From: Chara braunii
Lineage: Eukaryota; Plantae; Charophyceae
Length of the DNA: 64,000 bases
NCBI GenBank assembly: GCA_003427395.1
Contig: BFEA01000020.1
Coordinates: 2,903,613-2,967,612 of the forward strand
Direction of reading: 5' to 3'
The notes below the pieces were generated by a model. It searched no databases. It was not told the DNA's origin and saw only the letters and a program-made list of their open reading frames with translations. The translations under genes were made by a program, and so were the position numbers. This document shows, piece after piece, positions 13,001-64,000 of this stretch. Numbering within the stretch: the stretch's first letter is position 1; every line of letters starts with the position of its first letter.

Positions 13001-15205
13001 GCGGCGAACTCTGCCAGTCAAGCTTCTTCAGCTTCGTGGGCTAACCACCCATCAACTCTCATACGCGTCGACTTCCTCAGTCTGTGTTTCAAAACAGTCA
13101 AAACAAAAAGGAAAAGTAAAATTCCGCCTGCATCCCGGACACGCGGACCCGTCAAATGGGGCCCGCACTCAAGGTTCTCGACTGTCGCGACGCCCATTAA
13201 GCCCGGCGTCCCTTCCAGGTCAACGACACGCCGGCGTATAGCAAGAATTATTAGGAATACGATGCTAAAAAGAAATACTTAGAAAGTGCCACCACCGATC
13301 GGACGCCGCCGACGGCAAAACCAAGGGGGATAGCCCAACGACCCTCGACCCCCTCGGCCCCTTCGCACCACTCGGATATTCCCGCGTCGTCGCCACTCGA
13401 CCTCGATTCCTTAACGTCTCAGATAAAAGTCCGACGCAGTAACTAACAGTGCTAGGCCCGAGTCTGGGACGCCTAAATAAACGGACACTGCGCGACGCGT
13501 CGAGCTACCGAAACGCCTTCAGAAGTCACATTGTTGTCGATGCCGTCCTCCGTACGTAAGCACAAGTCACATGTAAGCACATTAATCAACGAGACGTAAT
13601 CTTTTTAATCCCTGTTTAATCAAGAGAAAAACATTATGGCCTGCGATCACGCTGACTCTTCAATCATCAACAATTAAAAAATCACGCTCGCCTCAAATCT
13701 GCACGCCCACACACTCTTTATTCTAGCCAACCCTCCAGCCAACGTGAACCATAGATGCTGTCGCGCCTCGCGCGGAATACTTAAACTTTAAACCAAACTT
13801 ATTTTCTGTCGCTTGCAAAAACCAGGGCGGATACCCTTGTAAGGGTATTTGCACCGACAACGCAGTGTCTTCTCCCCATCTATGCATGGCTGAACTTCCG
13901 CTACATACTATGATCTGTGTACAGTTTGGACTCTGTCTCCTCTCCCCCTTCTCTTATGCATGTATGGGCGTGTATGAGACTGTCTGTGTGTGAGTGGCGG
14001 TAAAAATCGTCAGACAACCAAGTTCATAACACAGGTCACGGGTTCAACTCTAGGGGTCGACACAGGTAAGGTAAGGACTAGCGATCGAGCCCTGGGATCT
14101 GCACTCGCTACTGCTAACAGGTGAATACCGTTTCATAATGGTGCACACCTCAAGGAAGTCAATGATCTTAAAAATGTGGAAAACCAGCATACGATCTACT
14201 GCTGCCACAAGTTCGTCACCAGGAATACGGACCTTGATTTCCGATTTGGCACGCTTCCTGGACGGATCAGTGGACTTCAGAGACATTGCAACAAGGCTCG
14301 GTGGTTACACCGGGCTTATATTTTCGAATCACGTATTTTGGGGCCCTTGGCCGTTAGGCCCGTTACTGTAGGCAGGCTCATTGGGATAATGGATTAGGAC
14401 CAGTCACCGGACCTAGAGAGTGCCAGACTTGGTACCTGAACTTCGGTGCTGCTGGCCTAAATGCAATACCGGTCGTGACATCTTGCTGCTGCACTACGGG
14501 TCAAACCTGGTTGGAAAACTGAGTCGAGAAATTATGTTGGCGGGACCAGCGAAATTTCAGGAGGCTGCTCAGCTCAACTTGTGCGATCGAAGAAAGGCCT
14601 TGTGGAATATATACGAGGGGAGGACAGAACAGGTACGGGAGAGTCTTGGAACAAGGAGTCCGGGGCCAACAGGACAGCAGAGCCCGCCGCCATTCTCATT
14701 CATACCCGTTCGTGTTAGTGTGCTGGATGCAGTCAGCACAGCTCTCATGGGCAGTCATCAGCGGGCAAGAAGTGAGTGAAGTGGGAAACAGAGTGAGAGA
14801 AAGACGGCAGGCAAGAGAGAGAGTGAAACAGTATGTGCGTGTATGTGAGAAAGAGAAACGTGGCTTTCATGCACCTGATCCCAACAGTGGACAGATACAT
14901 TCAAGATGGTGCGTGAGTGAATTTGCTCATTAGGCGTACGAGGGAACGTGGGGAAAGAGTGCTCGAGCAGCAAAGTGAGAAAGGGAGAGTAACAGTGTGT
15001 GGGAACGAACGAGACAGCATGTGCACACAGGTGGGTAAGTGAGGGAGACCATGAGAGAGGACAAAGAGAGTGAAGGAGATAGTGAGAGAGAGAGGCCAGT
15101 GCCTAGTTCTATGAACCTGGCGCTAAGGGGGACAAGATTCATCTAAGATTCGAGCCTGTCCGATTGCGAAGCAGTACCGGGCCAGCAACCGGTAGGCGCG
15201 CGTTC

Positions 15206-15259
<54 letters not shown>

Positions 15260-15574
15260 NNNNNNNNNNNNNNNNNNNNNNNNNNNNNNNNNNNNNNNNN
15301 NNNNNNNNNNNNNNNNNNNNNNNNNNNNNNNNNNNNNNNNNNNNNNNNNNNNNNNNNNNNNNNNNNNNNNNNNNNNNNNNNNNNNNNNNNNNNNNNNNNN
15401 NNNNNNNNNNNNNNNNNNNNNNNNNNNNNNNNNNNNNNNNNNNNNNNNNNNNNNNNNNNNNNNNNNNNNNNNNNNNNNNNNNNNNNNNNNNNNNNNNNNN
15501 NNNNNNNNNNNNNNNNNNNNNNNNNNNNNNNNNNNNNNNNNNNNNNNNNNNNNNNNNNNNNNNNNNNNNNNNNN

Positions 15575-15629
<55 letters not shown>

Positions 15630-16803
15630 GAGGTGATTCCAGCAAATGAGTGAAAGTCGTGGTCATGAATTTGATTATGTGAACCTAGTTGTAATTGCGG
15701 CCAGGCTCATCAGAAATCGAGTCGGTATGATCGTGGGAAGACGGCTGATGACCTGAGCGCGAAGAAAGCGAGAGATAGAGCGGGAGGGAGAGTGAGAGTG
15801 AGCAAGAGAATACTGGGAGGGAGTGAGAGAGTTAGTGCCAGTGCGCAGTGGGGGTGACAGACTAAGAGAGGGAGAGGGAGAAACAGGGGATGAGAGCTCG
15901 AGTGTGGGCATGAAAGAGGCCATTTCCCATTATTTGCTATTATTATTGTATTTCATGAAACTGGCTTCATACACGAAATGTTGCATTCCCAATGGAGTTG
16001 ATTTGAACCAGATAGCATCGTGCGGACGAGCAGAGCATTAGGGCTAGTGCGCAAGAAAGAGGGTGCGAGACTAGTGTTAGTGTGAGTGAGAGAGCAAGAA
16101 CGCGCCCATGCGTGTGAGTGTCTGTTTATGAATGTGTGAGAGAGAAAGAGAGTATCAGGCCGCCATGATGCACCTCTCCACGTCCTAGTTGCAGATTCAT
16201 TCTCATGTCCCCATCAGCAAGTAATTGAGCGGAGCCATTCCATGCTCTAACTGAAGTTTCATGTCCTCGTCATTCATCAGATGATAACTAATCGAGCAAC
16301 CAGCAGCACACAGGAGATGAAGAAAATGCAAGCGTTTCCGAACTTTTCTTCCACGTTCTAGCTGAGGGTGCATTTTCGTTTTCCCTCATCTGGAGTAATC
16401 AGGTGTGGCCCTCAGTGCACTGCAGGCCAGGAATACCACAGTACATCTTTCCATGATCTACCTGAAAATCCTTTCTGATTCCCTACATTTGGGGAGTAAT
16501 CAAGGTAAGCCACAGCGCGCAACAGACAGAATTTGGACGTATATCTATCCATGTGCTGGCAGAAGATACATTCCAATGTCCCGTCATCTGGTGACTAATG
16601 GAGCAAGGTCCAGGTGAGTTCAAACAGCAAGAAACAGACAGAATTTGGCAGTATATCTGTGTGGGGATCCGGGCCGCCTGGGTGACCGGCAGGGGCCCGG
16701 GGCAGGTCCCAGGCGGCCTGGCCGGGCAGGGCACCCGGTTGGGGGGCGGGCCCTCCCAGCGCACTCACCTGTCGCGGGATTTCGGACTCCCTTTCGGACC
16801 CCC

Positions 16804-16845
<42 letters not shown>

Positions 16846-18099
16846 NNNNNNNNNNNNNNNNNNNNNNNNNNNNNNNNNNNNNNNNNNNNNNNNNNNNNNN
16901 NNNNNNNNNNNNNNNNNNNNNNNNNNNNNNNNNNNNNNNNNNNNNNNNNNNNNNNNNNNNNNNNNNNNNNNNNNNNNNNNNNNNNNNNNNNNNNNNNNNN
17001 NNNNNNNNNNNNNNNNNNNNNNNNNNNNNNNNNNNNNNNNNNNNNNNNNNNNNNNNNNNNNNNNNNNNNNNNNNNNNNNNNNNNNNNNNNNNNNNNNNNN
17101 NNNNNNNNNNNNNNNNNNNNNNNNNNNNNNNNNNNNNNNNNNNNNNNNNNNNNNNNNNNNNNNNNNNNNNNNNNNNNNNNNNNNNNNNNNNNNNNNNNNN
17201 NNNNNNNNNNNNNNNNNNNNNNNNNNNNNNNNNNNNNNNNNNNNNNNNNNNNNNNNNNNNNNNNNNNNNNNNNNNNNNNNNNNNNNNNNNNNNNNNNNNN
17301 NNNNNNNNNNNNNNNNNNNNNNNNNNNNNNNNNNNNNNNNNNNNNNNNNNNNNNNNNNNNNNNNNNNNNNNNNNNNNNNNNNNNNNNNNNNNNNNNNNNN
17401 NNNNNNNNNNNNNNNNNNNNNNNNNNNNNNNNNNNNNNNNNNNNNNNNNNNNNNNNNNNNNNNNNNNNNNNNNNNNNNNNNNNNNNNNNNNNNNNNNNNN
17501 NNNNNNNNNNNNNNNNNNNNNNNNNNNNNNNNNNNNNNNNNNNNNNNNNNNNNNNNNNNNNNNNNNNNNNNNNNNNNNNNNNNNNNNNNNNNNNNNNNNN
17601 NNNNNNNNNNNNNNNNNNNNNNNNNNNNNNNNNNNNNNNNNNNNNNNNNNNNNNNNNNNNNNNNNNNNNNNNNNNNNNNNNNNNNNNNNNNNNNNNNNNA
17701 AAAAAAAAAAAAAAGGGTGCATCTGCGCCCCATCACAGACACCCCCCCAACCCCAGCACCCCCCCACCAATACCAAAATTTTATTGCAGATTCAGGGTCC
17801 TCTCCCCGAGCGCAGAACAACACCGGTTTCAAAAAAAAATAATATTTCTGGGCGTTTTTTTGTCCCGCCCGGTTTACCCGGGCAGCCCACCCCCGGGCCC
17901 AACCAGCCGGACCCAGCCCGGCCAGGCGGTGTCCTCACTCAGCAGTTTATATTATTATATATCCATGTGCTGGCAGAAGATACATTCCAATATCCCGTCA
18001 TCTGGTGACTAATAGCAAGGTCCAGGTGAGTTCAAACAGCAAGAAATTTCACTCTGATCCACGCACGCAGCTAGCCATTTGTGCGCCCAGGTTCGAGAG

Positions 18100-18570
18100 C
18101 TCATCGGCAAGACCTTGATGCGCTCCATTAGAGTGATCCCGGTGCACTGAAGAAGAAAGAATATGAAGTACTTTCTTCCCATGTTCCTGCTGAAGACTCG
18201 TTCTCATTACCCTCATCCGGTGAGTAGACGCATCAGGCTCGCAGCACGCAGTCTTTCAATGTTCTAGCTAGAGACTCAGTCGTTATCAGGGGCCTGATTT
18301 AGAGGAGCAGCGCTGCACTGTCCATCAGCTAGCTCACCATGCGCTCCATTAGAGTGATCCCGGTGCACTGAAGAAGAAAGAATATGAGAATATGAAGTAC
18401 TTTCTTCCCATGTTCCCGCTGAAGACTCGTTCTCATTACCCTCATCCGGTGAGTAGACGCATCGGGTCCGCAGCACGCAGTCTTCGAATGTTATAGCTAG
18501 AGACTCAGTCGTTATCAGGGGCCTGATTCAGAGGAGCAGCGCTGCACTGTCCATGAGCTAGCTCACCATA
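18100..18570. repeat. Tandem duplication, unit ~230 bp
   Basis: ATGCGCTCCATTAGAGTGATCCCGG...GCTAGCTCACCAT at ~18118 and ~18339. Confidence 0.85.
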
Positions 18571-18611
18571 GACAGACACACACGCGCACGCACACATACG
18601 GGGGTGGGGGG

Positions 18612-18642
18612 TTATACACATCTAGATGTGTATAAGAGACAG
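18612..18642. other. Nextera junction adapter, partial (artefact)
   Basis: TTATACACATCTAGATGTGTATAAGAGACAG. Confidence 0.97.
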
Positions 18643-19762
18643 GTTGGACACCGGTTACATCTAGACTCGGTTATCTCCGACATTGGTGACCTTTTGTCCT
18701 CGACATTTTGATCTTGTTCGATGACATTTTGGANNNNNNNNNNNNNNNNNNNNNNNNNNNNNNNNNNNNNNNNNNNNNNNNNNNNNNNNNNNNNNNNNNN
18801 NNNNNNNNNNNNNNNNNNNNNNNNNNNNNNNNNNNNNNNNNNNNNNNNNNNNNNNNNNNNNNNNNNNNNNNNNNNNNNNNNNNNNNNNNNNNNNNNNNNN
18901 NNNNNNNNNNNNNNNNNNNNNNNNNNNNNNNNNNNNNNNNNNNNNNNNNNNNNNNNNNNNNNNNNNNNNNNNNNNNNNNNNNNNNNNNNNNNNNNNNNNN
19001 NNNNNNNNNNNNNNNNNNNNNNNNNNNNNNNNNNNNNNNNNNNNNNNNNNNNNNNNNNNNNNNNNNNNNNNNNNNNNNNNNNNNNNNNNNNNNNNNNNNN
19101 NNNNNNNNNNNNNNNNNNNNNNNNNNNNNNNNNNNNNNNNNNNNNNNNNNNNNNNNNNNNNNNNNNNNNNNNNNNNNNNNNNNNNNNNNNNNNNNNNNNN
19201 NNNNNNNNNNNNNNNNNNNNNNNNNNNNNNNNNNNNNNNNNNNNNNNNNNNNNNNNNNNNNNNNNNNNNNNNNNNNNNNNNNNNNNNNNNNNNNNNNNNN
19301 NNNNNNNNNNNNNNNNNNNNNNNNNNNNNNNNNNNNNNNNNNNNNNNNNNNNNNNNNNNNNNNNNNNNNNNNNNNNNNNNNNNNNNNNNNNNNNNNNNNN
19401 NNNNNNNNNNNNNNNNNNNNNNNNNNNNNNNNNNNNNNNNNNNNNNNNNNNNNNNNNNNNNNNNNNNNNNNNNNNNNNNNNNNNNNNNNNNNNNNNNNNN
19501 NNNNNNNNNNNNCCCCCCCACCCCCCACACCCACACAAACACACGGAAGGAAACTAAACGCTTCCCCTGGGTTGCACGTATCTCCTCAGAAATTGGGCAA
19601 TGTCTTAAGAAAACCATTGCAGACAGATCTATGCAGGGAGGCAAATGCAAACTTAATTGTTCTACTCTTTTCCACTATCCCAAAAAGGGTATTCCCTTAC
19701 CGCCGAAGACAGTGCTGGACAGAAACCCTTGGCATCCTCCTTTTCCTTATCCAAGCTTTTGC

Positions 19763-59089
<39,327 letters not shown>

Positions 59090-60539
59090 CTGTGCCCCCA
59101 ACAAGCATTGAATACCAACATCATCCGCACAGATCAATCAGTGAGTCGCTTAAAAGCAAACAGAGGATGAAATCGTGGAACTGCAGCTCTCCATTCCCAA
59201 AACATAGTTGCATGCAGAGGTATCAGGTCATATTCCATCCCCCATTTGCTTGCAGCACAGTACCATTTCACAATGACATGAGTAAGGAAGGAAAAATTGA
59301 TAGGCAGCGCCACTACGAGCCAAAACAGACAACAAGAGAACAGAGAGCACAAGTGTGCAGATGGAAGGAAGAGAACTAGAGGAAAGCATGGAGGGAATAT
59401 GAACGTAGTAGGAAGTGCACTAGAAGCAGAGAAGATTCACAAAAAAATGATGTGAAGTTCGAACAAGGCATAGACACACACAGCCAGCAGCAGGAGGTCA
59501 GAGGCAATCTCCAACAGGAACACCATTCCTACAGGTTGTTGTCATTCATGGCCTTGTACCACCAACCCACTCAATCTACTTAAAAGTCGGGCCAAGCCGG
59601 TGTCGGAGGCCAACACACCTCGTCAACCGAAGTTGACTCGTCGCGGTCAGCCTCCGGGTAACATCAAAGCTGCAACGAAGACACCAACGGCTGCATTAGA
59701 AAAGGGTCAATACGCCCGTTGGCTTCCTCGGGCCAAGTCAAGGGCGGAGACAGAATGGTCACTCAGCATTCTGAAGGCAGGATAGCAATCTTTGGACCGG
59801 ACCATTGCGATCACAAAGGCCAAATTAGTGGAACTCAGACAAAACAGTACTGAAAACCGACCGGGGATTAGTGAGAAAAGAGGGGTTGACCGTTTGGGAC
59901 CGGACCGACACGGCGGCATGACCGGATCGGGAAAGGAACAATTCAAAATGGCCAAAGGAATGAAAATTAAGAGGGATCCCACACTAGTTTCAGTTTGGGA
60001 CCAACCCCTCATATTCCGGAATCACGCCTGTCCCAGTCCTGCACTGTTATTAGAGCGGGCCCGGATTATATTTAGATCTTGTGCTATTTTTAGCACGGGA
60101 CTGACCATTCGTATTCCTGGATCGGGCCTGTCCCAGTCCCATGCCCTTTTTAGCACAGGCCCAGGCCCGGGATCGCAGGACATGGGATCAGTCAGCTGGC
60201 TGTTCTTTCCCTATATAAGGGAAGGCTGGTCTCATCGCTAAGGGAAAGGACGAGCATTTGCTGCGGAAGCGCTGCTGGATTCTTCAGAGAAAGGGGTAGT
60301 CGTTCTAGCGCGAGCGTCTGCTGGAGGAAGAGCGAAGCGGAGCGCGGAGAGAGTGAGCTTAGAAGAGGTAGGAGGATCAGTGTTGCTCAGGTCACCAGCG
60401 GCAGCTAGACCTCGGCCCAAGCCCGCTGCCATCTTTCTCTTTTCCTCCCACCATCTTATTTCTCTCTCTTTTGCTTTGCTCTCCTCCTCCTCCGGCCTGG
60501 CTCTACACGCTGCATCATTCCTACCTGTGTCAAGGTCGC

Positions 60540-61620
60540 TCGTGTGCAGCGAAGCTTGAATGCCCTAGCTTGGGCCGGAACGCGGTGCGGGCTTGCATGG
60601 TTGCTCCTGCAGGTCTTGGATCAGGGCCACACACTTCTAGCAAGAACTACAGCGGGGGAGAAGGGTGCACGGCCACGCACACGCTGTTCGATCACACGTT
60701 ACATGTGCGGGGCCCTAGCTTGGGTTGGAACGTGTTGCGGGCTCGCATGGTTGCTCCTGCAGGTCTTGGATCAGGGCTGCACATTTCTAGCAAGAACTAC
60801 GGCGGGGGACAAGGCCGCACGCCCACGCATGCGCTGTTCGATCACACATTACAGGTTGTGTGCGGGCCCGCGCACCGTCAGATCACCGATTACGAGGCTG
60901 CGCGCCCACGCGCGCGCCGTTCGTTTGCAAATTAGAGGTTGTGCGCACGCCTACGCACAGTCGGCTCACCTATCAGGAGGCTGTGTTCTCTCGGGCGAGC
61001 TGTTGGATTGCACATTAGAGGTTGCGTGCACATCCGCGCACCGCTGGATCACTTTGCTGGAAGCTGCGCATCCATGTGCGCGCCATTTAATCACACCTCA
61101 GAGGCCGTGCACTCGTCTGCGCACGGACCGGATCACATCTGGAGGCCACGCGCATGATCTTGAACAGTTGGATCACTTTGTAGGCTGTGTGTGCGCCCGA
61201 GCAGCGCTGGATGACCTATCTGGAGGCTGCTCGCCCACCAGTGTGCCATTTAATCACACCGTAGAGGCCGTGCACTCGCCCCAAGCCTATCAGATCACAT
61301 CAAAAGGACGCATGCACCATGGGATCGCTTGAAAGGTTGCGCGAATGCCCTCACGCCATTGGATTACCCATCGAGGAGCAGTGTGCCAACGCATGGGTGG
61401 CTGGGTTGCCTGCGCACAGACGAGTGGTCACTGCATTGGTTGCGGGAGACTCGAGACTCGCTGCATTGGTTGTGCGGAGGCCATGACTCATTGCATTGGT
61501 TGCACGGAGACTTAGGACTCACTGCAGTGGTTGTGCGGAAACTCGGGACTCACTGCATCGGTTGCACGGAGACTCAGGACTCAATGCATTGGTTGTGCAG
61601 AGATTTGGGACTACTTCATG
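60540..61620. repeat. Minisatellite cluster: 151-bp duplication, degenerate ~45-bp units, then ~31-bp units
   Basis: GATCACAC..AGAGGC..GCGC units, then GACTCACTGCATTGGTTG(C/T) in about 6 copies. Confidence 0.8.
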
Positions 61621-63709
61621 GGCTTCTCATAGGCTCGGGATTCAGTGCATTGGCTGCTCAGAGTAGCTACGATCCGGACACCCGAAAAGGGATCCGGACT
61701 GACCGGAGTCTGGAGTCCGGTCCTGGTGTCCGAAAAGTGGTACGGATGGCTGAATAAGTGGGGGTAGCACATTTTTTTTTTTGCGGCTCAGGTCAGTTCC
61801 TTCCAGGCTAGGCCGCCGTGCAAAAATACTGGGTGTTTTTTCAAGGGCGGTGTCTGGCATCCAGACAGGGCAGGAAGGAGCCTCTTTTGAAACCAACATC
61901 TTCTGTGTTTAGTTTGTGCACCTTTAAACGCGCCTGTATATTCCCCGGATACTACGCTTAGTGCATCCGCGTCCAAACACAAAGGGAAGCTAAACAAAAA
62001 AAGAAAAACGAGGTCCCATCTTCATAATGAATCAGCGCCTGTCAGAACGGCCGCCTGCAATGCACAAAAGGCAAAAGAGCCTCATTCTCATTTTGCACAT
62101 TTAGTGTAGAGTCAAAGGAGTCCCTAAGTGCCCCATTCTTTCTCTGCCTGCCCTTCCTGTACACTTCATAAGGGAACTGACATCTTGTTGCTTATTTCTG
62201 TTTTTTTTGTTTCTTGCTTCTTGCGAAAGGGCGTGAATGTGTCCACTCCAATGTGCCCATATCTTCCCAGGATGGGATGCTTCGTACATTCCCACTAAAA
62301 ACAAACAAGAACAACAGGAGAAGAAAAAAAAAGTGAGCATCCCCTTTCCAGAAAGAAGACAGCATCTCCAACGTATCTAGTGACTTTCTGTCCCTTGTTT
62401 CTCCCTGCCCGCCACTTGGCGGGCTGTGTGTGTTGTATTTTCTTTTGCTTCTTTCTAGTGGCCATTGGCAAACCCGACGGAACGATTCAGCCCTCTGTGG
62501 CTAATTACACCCATGAACTGTTGAAACGACCACTGAGTGCGAGCCTTGGAGTCTTTGGGCCTCGCTCCACTACTTTCGACATGTGCAAAACGAGAATGAA
62601 TCTTCCGCTTGAACATGGAAAGATACACCGCCGTGATTCAGGTCTTCTGTGCATGTCGAGAGTAGGCCCTAGATAGGCTGAGCTACGGTGGAAGGGTCAC
62701 ATTGGCTGCACGCCTGGTTGAAGAGCTCATTCAGGCAGCGTGAAGGTTCGAGTCAGGTGGAAGGGCCCTAGATAGGCTGAGCTACGGTGCCGGACTGATC
62801 TCACAGGCCACGCTCTTCTCGCGAGTGGCGTATCGACTCCGGATTGCTCACACTGGCTGGGTGTTGGTATGAGGCCGGTACGAGATCGCTCACATTGACC
62901 GGGCACAGGCTAAGATTGGCCACACTAATTGCATGGCGGGTGGGGCTGATCCACATAGGTTTGCGCTTTGGTTTAGACTACTTTGTGTTTGGTTGCTCGA
63001 GGGTTGAGCTTCCCTCTAACCAGCTGCGTGCTGGCTCGGGACGCCTTGCCTAGCCCAGTGTCAGGCCAGGTTGCTTCACATTGCCTCCTTGTCGGTCTAC
63101 GACCGTAAGCTAAGGCCTGGCGGAGAGGCGTTGGTCAGTTAACTCATCTACGTGGGAGTGCTTTACAATGTTCAGTGGAACAAATATGAGATAACATGGT
63201 GGTGGTTGAAACAGGGCTGAAAACTCTATTCATTTGTTTGAAACATGAACTTGAAGAAAAAGGACTTGGAGACGAACTCAAATTTGGAGTAGAAAATGCA
63301 GAAGTTTTACTTGGCCCCGCAGAAGTTTTACTTCAGCCCCGCAGATGTTTGGTGAACCAAAGTGATTTCGCCTAAACAAATTAAAACGATATGTGCAGTA
63401 GTTCTACTTCAGGCCCGCAGTCTGGGATGGAATTTTATCTCAGCCTTCGCAGTCCACAGTAATTTTATTTTAGCCTTTGCAGTCTGCCGGAGTATCACCT
63501 CAGTCTCTGCACCCCACAAATGCCTCTTCTCAGCCCCTGCAACCACAGGGATTTGGTTCTACCCCTGCAATTCAAGGGAAGGTTTATCCTGACTATAGCC
63601 AACTTCAATGTTTATGCCCTGATCCGAGCTGTCCACAAATTTTAACTAACTAGGGGACCTGTTGCGGCTATGCCCACAATAAAAATGGAATGTTTGCCAA
63701 GAAGTTGGA

Positions 63710-63785
<76 letters not shown>

Positions 63786-63924
63786 GAAGATGGTGATGGA
63801 CTCTCTCTTTCTCTCTCTCTGGTTCGCGCAGAGGCTTGCGGATTTTCCACTTTTTTTTTTCCTTCTTTTTAATTGGTCACGGTGGACGATCCTGCTCAAG
63901 CCCGTCTACTCCCTCCCTCTCCTG

Positions 63925-63931
63925 CCTTCCT

Positions 63932-64000
<69 letters not shown>
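63925..64000. repeat. (CT)n microsatellite; similar (GA)n/(CA)n tracts border most N gaps
   Basis: Seen directly, also at ~15207, 16805, 21156, 26950, 27485, 27723, 35415, 53280 and 56421. Confidence 0.98.

Larger units (their letters stand above)
5823..13859. mobile_element. 8-kb non-coding insertion with TGTCG...CGACA termini (giant solo LTR or non-autonomous element)
   Basis: Interrupts the LTR-end copy exactly within GAATCACGCAGTG. Flanks are ACGT (5819-5822) and ACGC (13860-13863), a 4-bp TSD with one transition. No recognisable ORF. Confidence 0.75.

Noticed and set aside
16200-18570. Further Furry exons
   Set aside because: Locally duplicated sequence around a gap; no phase-consistent frame with family motifs.
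60238-60432. ORF MAAGLGRG… as the first exon
   Set aside because: It ends in a stop with no convincing donor and lies in repeat-like sequence.
60544-61332. 262-aa ORF
   Set aside because: It is the translation of a GC-rich minisatellite, with no recognisable domain.

Overview
Eukaryotic nuclear DNA from a green-lineage organism, in a gapped draft assembly. A charophyte alga such as Chara is my inference, from the rbcL insert, plant-type U6, Gypsy-rich giant introns and (GA)n/(CA)n tracts. One host gene spans about 40 kb on the minus strand (about 59.1 kb down to at least 19.8 kb): a divergent Furry/TAO3/Mor2 (MOR2-PAG1) scaffold-like protein, of which I reconstructed about 16 mostly phase-consistent GT-AG exons covering only the N-terminal part. 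Its introns hold a decayed full-length chromodomain Ty3/Gypsy element (40.6-49.1 kb), an internally deleted Gypsy, a solo LTR, two hAT MITEs, an ORF1-like non-LTR relic, a U6 pseudogene and a plastid rbcL fragment. The first 14 kb is a nest of LTR elements, including an 8-kb non-coding TG..CA insertion that carries ten stem-loops with a conserved hexaloop and covarying stems; this is the most unusual signal. Four Nextera mate-pair junction adapters are assembly artefacts. Protein comparisons are from memory; no searches were run.
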